From NCBI GenBank assembly GCA_963708025.1, contig CAVPSB010000019.1, positions 128,001 through 192,000 on the forward strand: DNA of 64,000 nucleotides, read 5' to 3'. Origin of the DNA: an uncultured Candidatus Rokubacteria bacterium. Lineage in GTDB: Bacteria > Methylomirabilota > Methylomirabilia > Rokubacteriales > DASRDR01. The position numbers and the translations under genes were made by a program. The notes under the pieces were generated by a model. That model saw nothing but the letters and a program-made list of their open reading frames with translations, ran no database searches and was not told where the DNA came from. Of the stretch, positions 9,168 through 17,024 are shown one piece after another (within the stretch, counting starts at the first letter, position 1; every line of letters starts with the position of its first letter).

Positions 9168-10093
9168 GGGCGTCTCCCCCTCGATGCCCACCACGCGGTC
9201 AACCCCAGCCCGGCCGCCGTGGCGACGGCGACCGGCCAGAAGTTGGTGTGGAGGACCGGGATCGCGGAGAACGCCGAGCGGCGCTGCGCCGGGCGGAGCC
9301 GACCGTCGAGGATCGCGTCCACGACGGCCATGGCCTCGGTGAGGAGGACCCCCAGGATCGCCTTGGCGAAGGCGGGATCGGCCAGCGCGGGATGGCCCAC
9401 GTAGCCCTGTCCGCCGTCCCGGAGGGGGTAGTTGGGACGGAGCCGGGCCATCAGCGAGTAGCGCGCCGGCGGCAGCGTCCGGTAGGCCGGGTTGACCAGC
9501 TCGGGGTGGAGTGCGAGCATGACCGACGTCTCCAGCAGGCCGCCGTGGGCGTCGTCGGCGAGGGCCGCCCGCTCCTCGGCCGAGAGGGTCCGCCCGAGCG
9601 CGGCTTCGATCTTGTCGGTGTACCGGCCCCGGAGAAATTCCCAGGCCAGGTGGCCGGTGAACGAGGCCATGGTGACGCCGTAGCGTCGGGACACGATGGC
9701 GGCTGCCTCTTCGAGCGCCACCAGGTGGCCGGGCCCGGCGTGACCGCTCGCCACCAGGATGGCGCGGAAGCCCGCCCGCGCCAGCGAGCTGCCGTAGTCC
9801 ACCAGGACGTCCCGTACCACGCGCTGGCGCATCGAGACCGTGCCGGGCGCCTCGAAGGCGAAGCAGCCGAGATGGAGGGGCGGGGCCAGGACGGCGGTCC
9901 AGCCGGGCCGGGTGGTCGTGAGGCGCTCCGCGACCGCTTCTGCGAGCTGCCGGGCCGTGAAGGCGTCTACGCCGAGGGGGAGGTGCGGGCCGTGCTCCTC
10001 GAGCGGGCTCACCGTGAGGAGGATGACGGTGCGGTCGCGGTCCAGGGCGTCGAGCGCCGGCGAGGAGAGCTCCTCGAGGCGATGCGTGCTCAT
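9164..10093 (-). CDS. Creatininase-family amidohydrolase with a hydrophobic C-terminal tail
   Basis: EEHGPHLPLGVD, SGHAG, DAHGGLLETS motifs. Confidence 0.85.
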   Translation of the reverse strand: MSTHRLEELSSPALDALDRDRTVILLTVSPLEEHGPHLPLGVDAFTARQLAEAVAERLTTTRPGWTAVLAPPLHLGCFAFEAPGTVSMRQRVVRDVLVDYGSSLARAGFRAILVASGHAGPGHLVALEEAAAIVSRRYGVTMASFTGHLAWEFLRGRYTDKIEAALGRTLSAEERAALADDAHGGLLETSVMLALHPELVNPAYRTLPPARYSLMARLRPNYPLRDGGQGYVGHPALADPAFAKAILGVLLTEAMAVVDAILDGRLRPAQRRSAFSAIPVLHTNFWPVAVATAAGLGLTAWWASRGRRP

Positions 10094-11544
10094 GCAAAGC
10101 TGCTCGTGGTCGCCTTCAGGTAATCCTCCTTGGCGCGCTCGAGCTCCGCGATGATCGCCTCCCGTTCGGCCAGGAGGCGCGAGGCGCCGTGGTGCCGGGT
10201 CAGGACGAGCGCCGCGAAACGGAGCCGGTTCCGCAGCCGGCCGAGGCCGGCCCAGTAGTGGTAGGCCACGACACCGCTCAGCGGGAGCGACGCCGCGAAG
10301 ACCGCCGCCCAGCGGAGGCCGGCCCACCGCCAGACGAGCCACGTCTCGATTCCCCAGATCAGCGGGAAGGCGACGATGCTGGTCAGGAGCCGCACCGTGG
10401 CATAGTCCGTCTCCTTTCGGGCGAGGCGGCGGGAGAGCCAGCGCGGCAGGAAGTATGGCAGCGCATTGACGACGACGCCGTACGCGAAAATCGGCAGCCC
10501 CAGCACCGCGACGCCCGAGGTGCGGAGCCGGCTCCGGGGCCGGCTCCCCGGGGCCCCCCCGAGCCGAGCCTGGACCGCCTGATCGCGGATCCGGTACTCG
10601 GCCAGCATGGCGCGGTAGCCCTGGATGCGCTGCCACAGCCGCTCCACGCGCTCGGGCTCGCGCGCCTTGAAATGCGTGACGGCGTCCCCGATGGCGCGGG
10701 AGAGGCGGAGGGGGTCGATCTCGCCGCGCTGGAGACCGCGGTCCGCCTGGAGCTGACGCACCAGCTCGCTCCGGTACAGCTCCTCCACGGCCCGCGCCAG
10801 CTCGGCGGCGTCGATCCGGTCGGCGTGGATGACCTGGGCTTCCATCGCCCACTGGAGCCGCGTCGTCAACGCGTCCACCGCCTTGGCCGGGTCCTCGCGG
10901 TAGATGGCCCGGTGCGGAGCGACCGGCACCGGCGCGCCGAAGGCGATCAGCACGCGGCCCCGGAACGACTTGCGAGCCTCGAAGGACAGCCCGACGGGGA
11001 TCACCGCCAGCTCGTCTCCGCCCCGGCCGGGGCGGTCGGCCTCGTAGGCCAGCGCGATGCGCGCCGCGCCGGTCTTGATCCGCTGGACTCGCCCCTCGGC
11101 GTGGGTGGTTCCCTCCGGGTAGATGCCGATCAACCGGCCCTCGCGGAGCGCCTCCAGGCAGGCGGCGAACATCTCGACGTTCCGGTCCATCTTGTCCGGG
11201 TCGTCCTGACGCCGGTAGACAGGGATGGCGCCACAGCGACGGAGGAACATCGCCATCAGCGGATGGCGGAACAGGGCGGCCGTGGCCAGGTAGTGGACCT
11301 TGCGCGGTATGGCGACCCCGACCAGCAGCGAGTCGATCAGGTTGTTGGGGTGGTTGATGCAGAGGAGCACGGGCCCCCGGTCGGGCACCCGCTCGGGATG
11401 CCGGACCTCCACGGCCTTGAAGAAGAACCAGACCCAGAAGCGCCCGAGCAGCCGGACGGCGGTGTAGAAGCGATCCCTGCGCTCCGGCGAGGCTGGCGAT
11501 CCGGGGGACTCGGGCGCTCCAGCGGCCGCCCCGCGCGAGCTCAC
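10090..11544 (-). CDS. PlsC-family (lysophospholipid/glycerol-phosphate) acyltransferase with C-terminal TM segments
   Basis: NHPNNLID (HX4D), IPVYR, YPEGT, KTGAAR. Confidence 0.85.
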   Translation of the reverse strand: MSSRGAAAGAPESPGSPASPERRDRFYTAVRLLGRFWVWFFFKAVEVRHPERVPDRGPVLLCINHPNNLIDSLLVGVAIPRKVHYLATAALFRHPLMAMFLRRCGAIPVYRRQDDPDKMDRNVEMFAACLEALREGRLIGIYPEGTTHAEGRVQRIKTGAARIALAYEADRPGRGGDELAVIPVGLSFEARKSFRGRVLIAFGAPVPVAPHRAIYREDPAKAVDALTTRLQWAMEAQVIHADRIDAAELARAVEELYRSELVRQLQADRGLQRGEIDPLRLSRAIGDAVTHFKAREPERVERLWQRIQGYRAMLAEYRIRDQAVQARLGGAPGSRPRSRLRTSGVAVLGLPIFAYGVVVNALPYFLPRWLSRRLARKETDYATVRLLTSIVAFPLIWGIETWLVWRWAGLRWAAVFAASLPLSGVVAYHYWAGLGRLRNRLRFAALVLTRHHGASRLLAEREAIIAELERAKEDYLKATTSSFA

Positions 11545-11602
11545 GTCCGGAACCGGCGCCAGAACAGCAGGAATCGCGCGGACTTCAGCGTCATCGCGCC
11601 CC

Positions 11603-11632
11603 AGTGTAGGAAACGCGGGACGCGCGTGTCAA
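11603..11632 (-). promoter_or_regulatory. Candidate sigma70 promoter of the acyltransferase operon
   Basis: TTGACA-N18-TACACT on the minus strand. Confidence 0.55.
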
Positions 11633-11715
11633 GGATGGGACGGGCGCCGACGATGCACGATCGCGTGATGACTCGACACTTCTGTCTTGACACCGTGGCG
11701 GCTCTGCAGTTCAGT

Positions 11716-11900
11716 AGGAGGTGACGCGAGGATGAGGCGCCGTCCCGCGTCGCGGCAGGAACCCTCAAGGAGGCTGGTGATGGAGACTCCACCGGACCTG
11801 CCAGGCGCGCCATCGGGGCTGGCTGCCTGATGGCGCGCGGCTTCGACTGAAGGACACGTCATCCCGGCTCCTGCCGGGACGCGCAGCGAGCCTGCGCAAG
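11716..11900 (+). ncRNA. Candidate structured RNA / leader (unclassified)
   Basis: Long-range stem 11746-11760/11869-11883, hairpins 11805-11838 and 11881-11897, TTGACA at 11687, terminator downstream. Confidence 0.45.
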
Positions 11901-11910
11901 ACCACGAAGT

Positions 11911-11958
11911 CCCGGGGACGGTCGCGGTGCACCGCCGACGTCCCCGGGCTTGTTTTTT
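11911..11958 (+). terminator. Intrinsic terminator immediately before the cupin RBS
   Basis: CCCGGGGACG...CGTCCCCGGG stem followed by CTTGTTTTTT. Confidence 0.75.
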
Positions 11959-11972
11959 CGCGAGGAGGTAGC

Positions 11973-12314
11973 GTGATCACCAAGGAGACCGAGCGTTCCA
12001 CCTATCTCGACGTCCACGGCATGGCGTGGGAGCCGAGCCCGTACCCGGGCATCGAGAACAAGGTCCTGTACGCGGAGCCGGCCGGCCGGCGCACCGTCCT
12101 CACGCGCTTCGCGCCCGGCGCCCGGCTGCCCCGCCACCGCCACGTCGGCCTGGAGCAGAGCTTCGCCCTGGAAGGCACGCTGGTGGACGACGACGGGGCG
12201 TGCACGGCAGGGAACTTCGTGTGGCGCCGGCCGGGCTCGGTCCACAGCGCCTGGTCCCCGGAGGGCTGCGTGGTCCTCGGCATCTTCGAAGCCCCCAACG
12301 AGTTCCTTCGCTGA
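11973..12314 (+). CDS. ChrR-like cupin domain protein
   Basis: PGARLPRHRH..LEQSF.LEG, PGSVHSA; GAGGAGG RBS. Confidence 0.85.
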   Translation: MITKETERSTYLDVHGMAWEPSPYPGIENKVLYAEPAGRRTVLTRFAPGARLPRHRHVGLEQSFALEGTLVDDDGACTAGNFVWRRPGSVHSAWSPEGCVVLGIFEAPNEFLR

Positions 12315-12606
12315 CCGGAGCCCTCGAGGTCTCGCGGCCGAGCGAGCCGGCTGAGCCTCGGCCCGCCTGACCCGGTCGAGGCCGCACCACTTCCGCCCGC
12401 TCCCCTGACCACTCGGGGACCACACGCACGGTGGCCCCCGCAGCGGTGGGGATGCCGTGAACCGGCCTCGAAGCGCCAGCCCGCTCAGTTCCTGACCGTG
12501 ACTGCGGTCACGGTCTAGCCATTCTGTCACTTCCGCCCGGGCCCCCGGGAGACGCCGGCAGCTGGAAGCGCCCGTGTCTCAAGGGGTCTACCATTAGGTG
12601 TTACCG

Positions 12607-12622
12607 TGGCATCATATTTGCT
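12607..12622 (+). promoter_or_regulatory. Candidate sigma54 (-24/-12) promoter
   Basis: TGGCATCATATTTGCT, with GG-N10-GC spacing. Confidence 0.55.
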
Positions 12623-12725
12623 GGAAAACCCTGAGCCTGATGCCGGTCGCTGATCGCTAGAATCGCCGCCACCACACCCGCCGACGGTCGGATCCACTCG
12701 AGTCGGTAGTAGGGGAGGGGGGACC

Positions 12726-13478
12726 ATGCCTCGCACGCTCGCGTTCCTTGCCTGCCTGCCGCTGATCCTGGTCGCCTGGCAGAGTCCGGCGACGGCCCAG
12801 GACAGCGTTCTGTACGAGGTGGTCGAGAACCTCGACGTGTCTCGGCTCGAGGAGGGCGTCCGCGTGTCGTACTGGACCGCGCAGGGCCGGGCCCGGGCCG
12901 GGTCGCCGTTTTGCCCGGAGGAGGCGCTGGCCCGCATCAGGTCGAAGGCGAAGTCGTGCTCGGTGACCGCCTTCGGGACGGATTCGATCGATCTCCTCAC
13001 TCTGCACGGCACCGTGTGGGCCAACATCGCTTCGGTCGTGAACTGCGACAACGTCGTGGACGCCCCCGAGTGCGTCGTCCTGACCGGTCAGATGGAGGGG
13101 CTGGTCTCGCTGGTGCCGTTCGAGGGCGCTCCCGTCGTCCCCGAGCTCGGCAAGCGCCGGCAGATCATCGGCCCGGCGGTTCCCCTGATCTATGTCGTCG
13201 GCACGTTCAGCCCGGACGACGAGGTCACGCTGCGCCAGTCGCCCCCCGACAAGCCGCCGCCGCCGGGGCCGATCCAGCTCCAGGCGACGTTCCGGCTCCC
13301 CTTCCAGATCTCCAAGAAGGGAAGGCCGGTGCCGGCCCAGCCGGACAAGGCCTTCTACCTCGACGACGACGGGAGCCTGATCAAGGTGCACCGGAACGAG
13401 TCCGCCCTGGGTGTGCCGGTTCTCCGCGCCGAGGTGACCTTCGAGCGCCCGCACCGACCGGGGAGGCACCACCGCTAG
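12726..13478 (+). CDS. Hypothetical exported protein
   Basis: Signal-peptide-like N-terminus ending ATA-Q; GGGAGG RBS; 4 Cys in the mature part. Confidence 0.7.
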   Translation: MPRTLAFLACLPLILVAWQSPATAQDSVLYEVVENLDVSRLEEGVRVSYWTAQGRARAGSPFCPEEALARIRSKAKSCSVTAFGTDSIDLLTLHGTVWANIASVVNCDNVVDAPECVVLTGQMEGLVSLVPFEGAPVVPELGKRRQIIGPAVPLIYVVGTFSPDDEVTLRQSPPDKPPPPGPIQLQATFRLPFQISKKGRPVPAQPDKAFYLDDDGSLIKVHRNESALGVPVLRAEVTFERPHRPGRHHR

Positions 13479-13512
13479 GAGGCGACCCGGCGGCCGCGGC
13501 CGGGTTCGAGCC

Positions 13513-14898
13513 TTACCGGAAGAGGTCCTGGGAGGGGTCGCGAAGGAGCTCGCGCGCCGAGCCGGCGCCGGGGGTGTAGGCGTAGCCGCGAACCAGGGCC
13601 ACCGGCACCGCGTCCAGCTTTCCCATCACCAGCTCGGCCGCGCTGGCCAGCTCGTCGGCGACGGCGAGCACCGTCGCCTGCAGGACGTAGCCGTGGATGT
13701 CCGGTACCCCCAGGTAGCTCCGGAGCGGCCGCATCCCGGCGACGCCGATGGCCACGTTCTGGAGGCCCTCGCGCCACGGACGGCCGAAGGTGTCGGCGAC
13801 GATGACCGCGACGTCGGCGCCGGCGAGCGCGCGGAAGCGCTCGACCAGCGCCCGGGCCGAGGCGTCGGGGTCTTCGGGGAGCAGGCTGACCCAGCCGGCG
13901 CCGGCGTTCGACTGATCCACCCCGGCGTTGGCGCAGACCTGGCCATGGCGGGTCTCGGTGATCAAGATACCCCGGTCCATGCGCACGACGCGCCGGGACT
14001 CGCGCAGGATCACCTCGACGAGTCGTGGATCCTTCTTGAGGCTCCCTCCCACCTCGATCGCGAAGGGGGACGGCGTGACTTCGGCCAGCCGCACCATGCG
14101 GCCCTCGGCCTTCGACACCACCTTCTGGCTCACCACGGTGACGTCGCCGGTCGCCAGCGGCGTGCCCTGGGCGGCCGCGGCGCCCAGGACCAGGGCGGCG
14201 AGGTCATCGCCCGGCCGGACCTCGGGGATGCCCCGGATGCCGAGCACCTCGAGGCGGGGCGCTGTCCCGTAGCCGAACGAGCGGAGCAGTCCCGCCGCGC
14301 GGGTGTGGGCGCCGAGGGCGAGGAGCGCCTCGAGGTCCTCCGGGGCGTCGATGTCGAGGCCGGCGCCGGGCAGCCCCAGGATCACCGGCTCGATGCCCCG
14401 GGCTCGGGCGGCGGCGACATGGTCGGCGAACGAGGGCTCGCCGAAGCGCAGCGGGAGGGCGTCGGGCGGGGCGAGGCAGGCGGCGTTGGTGCCGAGGCCG
14501 CTGTGCGACGGCACGAGGACGGCCGCCGGCGGCCGGCCGCAGGCCGCCAGCACGGCGCGCACCTCGCCGGCGGTCAAGCACGGGAGATCGCCGGGGACCG
14601 TGAGCATGACGGCCGCTCCCAGCTCCCGGCAGGCGTCCAGCCCTCGGGCCACCGCCGCCGTGTGCCCCTCGCTCTCGCGCTCCACGAGCACCGCGGCCCC
14701 TTGGGCCTCGGCGAGCGCGCGGACATCCGCGTCGGGCGTCACCACCACGATCCGGTCGAGGCCGCCGTCCCGGAGCGCCGCCAGCACGTCCTCCAGCATC
14801 GCGCGGGCCAGGGCCGAGCGGGCTTCTGCGGGGAGCGCCCGGGCCAGGCGCTGCTTGGCGCTCCCGAACTCCTTGGCGGGAACGACCGCCACCTTCAT
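13513..14898 (-). CDS. cofC/cofE: CofC (guanylyltransferase)-CofE (F420-0:gamma-glutamyl ligase) fusion
   Basis: N-half: VVPAK..SAKQRL, PGDLP, GTNA, FGEPSF..H, LDIDAPEDL. C-half: IPEVRPGDDL, QKVVSKAEG, ANAGVDQSN, DTFGRPWR, DELASAAELVMGK. One uninterrupted frame. Confidence 0.9.
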   Translation of the reverse strand: MKVAVVPAKEFGSAKQRLARALPAEARSALARAMLEDVLAALRDGGLDRIVVVTPDADVRALAEAQGAAVLVERESEGHTAAVARGLDACRELGAAVMLTVPGDLPCLTAGEVRAVLAACGRPPAAVLVPSHSGLGTNAACLAPPDALPLRFGEPSFADHVAAARARGIEPVILGLPGAGLDIDAPEDLEALLALGAHTRAAGLLRSFGYGTAPRLEVLGIRGIPEVRPGDDLAALVLGAAAAQGTPLATGDVTVVSQKVVSKAEGRMVRLAEVTPSPFAIEVGGSLKKDPRLVEVILRESRRVVRMDRGILITETRHGQVCANAGVDQSNAGAGWVSLLPEDPDASARALVERFRALAGADVAVIVADTFGRPWREGLQNVAIGVAGMRPLRSYLGVPDIHGYVLQATVLAVADELASAAELVMGKLDAVPVALVRGYAYTPGAGSARELLRDPSQDLFR

Positions 14899-15827
14899 CG
14901 TGGGACACCCGCCGTGTCCAGGACCAGCCGGGCCAGGCGCGCCTCGCCTTCCGCCCCGGTCATCAGCGTGTCGCCGACGATGGGGCGGACGCCGCGCGCC
15001 GCCAGATCGGGGGCCAGCGCCGCGTCCCGGCGGTCCACGACGAGGGCGTCGAGCCACGGGGAGTAGAGCATGGCCACGCTCACGGCCGAGACCGGCAGCC
15101 CGCGGGCGGCGAGAAGCTTTCCGGCCGGTCCGCTCACCGGCGCGTCCCCGATGATCGGGCTCACCGCGACCACCGGGGCCGGGGTGGTCACGAGCGCCTC
15201 CATGATGCCGGGGACCGCCAGGACGGGGCCGATCGAGGTCACCGGATTGGAGCAGCAGACGATGACCGCCTCGGCGTGCCGGATCTCGTCGAGGAGCCCC
15301 GGCGCCGGTCGAGCAGCGCCGGCGCCTTCGTAGGCCACCCCCCGGATCTCGGGCTGGGCCTTCTCGCGGACGAAGAACTCCTGGAAGCCGAGCCAGCCGT
15401 CGCGGGTCAGGATGCGCGTGCGGACCCGGTCATCCGACATCGGACAGAGGCGCACCCGCACGCCCAGGGCGGCGGCGATCACGCGGGTCGCCTCGGAGAG
15501 CGAGGCTCCGCTCAGCAGGAGGTCGGTGCGGGCGAGGTGGGTCGCGAGATCGCGGTCGCCGAGACCGAACCACGTGTCCCGGCCGAGGCGGCCCATGCCG
15601 GCCCGGCAGTGGAAGGTGTCGTCCCGGACGCCCCAGCCCTTGACGGGATCGAGCAGACCGGCCAGCGCGTACATCACCGAGTCGAGGTCCGGCGAGACGT
15701 GGAGGCCCCAGCACTCGAGGTCGTCTCCGGTGTTGCCGACGACCAGGAGGCGCTCGGGATCGATGGCGCCGGCGAGGCCCCGGAGGAGCTTGGCGGCGCC
15801 CGTACCTCCAGCCAGCGCAACGATCAT
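14895..15827 (-). CDS. cofD: 2-phospho-L-lactate/PEP transferase (FbiA)
   Basis: LAGGTGAAKL, NTGDD, SPDLD, LGDRDLATH, PMSDD, FQEFFV, SNPVTSIGP, VSGPAGK. Confidence 0.93.
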   Translation of the reverse strand: MIVALAGGTGAAKLLRGLAGAIDPERLLVVGNTGDDLECWGLHVSPDLDSVMYALAGLLDPVKGWGVRDDTFHCRAGMGRLGRDTWFGLGDRDLATHLARTDLLLSGASLSEATRVIAAALGVRVRLCPMSDDRVRTRILTRDGWLGFQEFFVREKAQPEIRGVAYEGAGAARPAPGLLDEIRHAEAVIVCCSNPVTSIGPVLAVPGIMEALVTTPAPVVAVSPIIGDAPVSGPAGKLLAARGLPVSAVSVAMLYSPWLDALVVDRRDAALAPDLAARGVRPIVGDTLMTGAEGEARLARLVLDTAGVPR

Positions 15828-15878
15828 CTCGGGCACATCCATCTCGGGCACATCGTTCAGTCGGAACTAGACTGACCC

Positions 15879-16089
15879 GCGCCGGGTTGAGAAGCGAGCA
15901 GCCCTAGGACGCAGGGAGTCGCCGACCGCAGGCGTACTCCGAGTACGCCGAGGATCGGCGACGACCGAAGGCCGTCCGAACGACGACCATAGGCCGGGAC
16001 GGACGCGAGGCCGAAAGCCGTCCGATCGACGTAGGCCGAGCGCGTCACGGCCGAGATGGACGCTGCGAAGCTTATCGACCCGGCGCTCA
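15879..16089. repeat. Repeat family B (MITE-like)
   Basis: Core GGACGCAGGGAGTCGCCGACCGCAGGCGTACTC..GTACGCCGAGGATCGGCGACGACCGA shared with 29068-29265 and 57071-57199; imperfect terminal inverted repeats. Confidence 0.85.
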
Positions 16090-16635
16090 GCGGCCGCGGC
16101 GCCCGCGCTCTATCTCCGGCAACGCGATCGTGTAGCTCCCTGGCCGGCGCCAGGCGTGAAGCCCCGTCCCCGGGCGGCCGCGCAGCGAAGCGGGGAGTGA
16201 CGCCTCGGGGACGGGGATGAAGCCGAACCGCACCCACAGGCGGTCGAGGCCCTGGGGTCGCGTGAACAGGGTGTTGATCCCGAGTTGGGCGGCCTGACCG
16301 AGGAGGGGTGCCACGAGCTGCGCCGCCACCTCGAGCGACTCGCCTCCGGCCGGGGGTGCGACCACGACCGGCCCATGGACGAACCCGTGCTCCGCGTGGC
16401 GCTCGACCAGCACCCCACCCACGAGCCGGTCGTTCTCCACCACCGCTTCCCATCCGAGCTCGACCGGGCCTGGCGGCGGTGCCCACGCTCCTGCGAAGTC
16501 GAAGAGCTGCCGGATCTTGCCCGCCCCGGCCTGGCTCGGGCGGTAGAGAACGCCCTGCCAGGTGCGGGGTGGGGGAACCGCGGCCGCCGGCTCGGCCGCC
16601 GGGGGGCTAACCGGCCGCCGGGCCGACCGCGGCAT
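16087..16635 (-). CDS. Hypothetical protein, possibly GNAT-like fold
   Basis: Coding-like GC3 and co-oriented in the operon; LVGGVLVE...LLGQAAQLGINTLF...LWVRFGF loosely resembles GNAT motifs A/B. Confidence 0.55.
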   Translation of the reverse strand: MPRSARRPVSPPAAEPAAAVPPPRTWQGVLYRPSQAGAGKIRQLFDFAGAWAPPPGPVELGWEAVVENDRLVGGVLVERHAEHGFVHGPVVVAPPAGGESLEVAAQLVAPLLGQAAQLGINTLFTRPQGLDRLWVRFGFIPVPEASLPASLRGRPGTGLHAWRRPGSYTIALPEIERGRRGR

Positions 16636-16642
16636 GGCGCGC

Positions 16643-16937
16643 CTACTTCTTGCCGCCGAGGACCGCGTCCTTCATGGCCTTGGCCACGCGGAACTTCACC
16701 ACGCGCTTGGCCGCGATCTTGATCGGCTCCCCGGTCTGCGGATTGCGCCCCATCCGGGCCTTCCGGTTCGAGAGCACCAGCTTGCCGAAGCCAGGAACGA
16801 CGAAGCCGTTCTTCTTGGCCTCCTTGACGGCCAGCGCCTGGAACTCGTCCAACAGGCCGACCACCTGCTTCTTGGTGAGGGTCGAACTTGTCGGCCAGGT
16901 GCGAGATCACCGAGGACTTGGTCATCATCTTTGCCAT
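16643..16937 (-). CDS. hup: HU DNA-binding protein with an apparent +1 frameshift near 16880
   Basis: MAKMMTKSSVISHLADKFD/LTKKQV...PGFGKL...RMGRNPQTGEPIKI..K.VVKFRVAK; AAGGAG RBS. Confidence 0.88.
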
Positions 16938-17024
16938 CGACACGCTCCTTTCAGGGGTGTGTGGGTCATGCCACCCGGGCCGGGTGGCGAGCGGGGCGTG
17001 TTGCCCTCCGCATGGTTTCCTGCC

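Noticed and set aside
11716-11958. tmRNA, fluoride, cobalamin or SRP identity for the structured RNA
   Set aside because: Only isolated fragments match (LAA*, GGTGATGG, GACCTGCC, CAGGTCCGG); the required companion motifs and tRNA-like ends are absent.
16870-16890. Programmed frameshift in hup
   Set aside because: No slippery heptamer or stimulator; similar single-base insertions elsewhere point to sequencing error.
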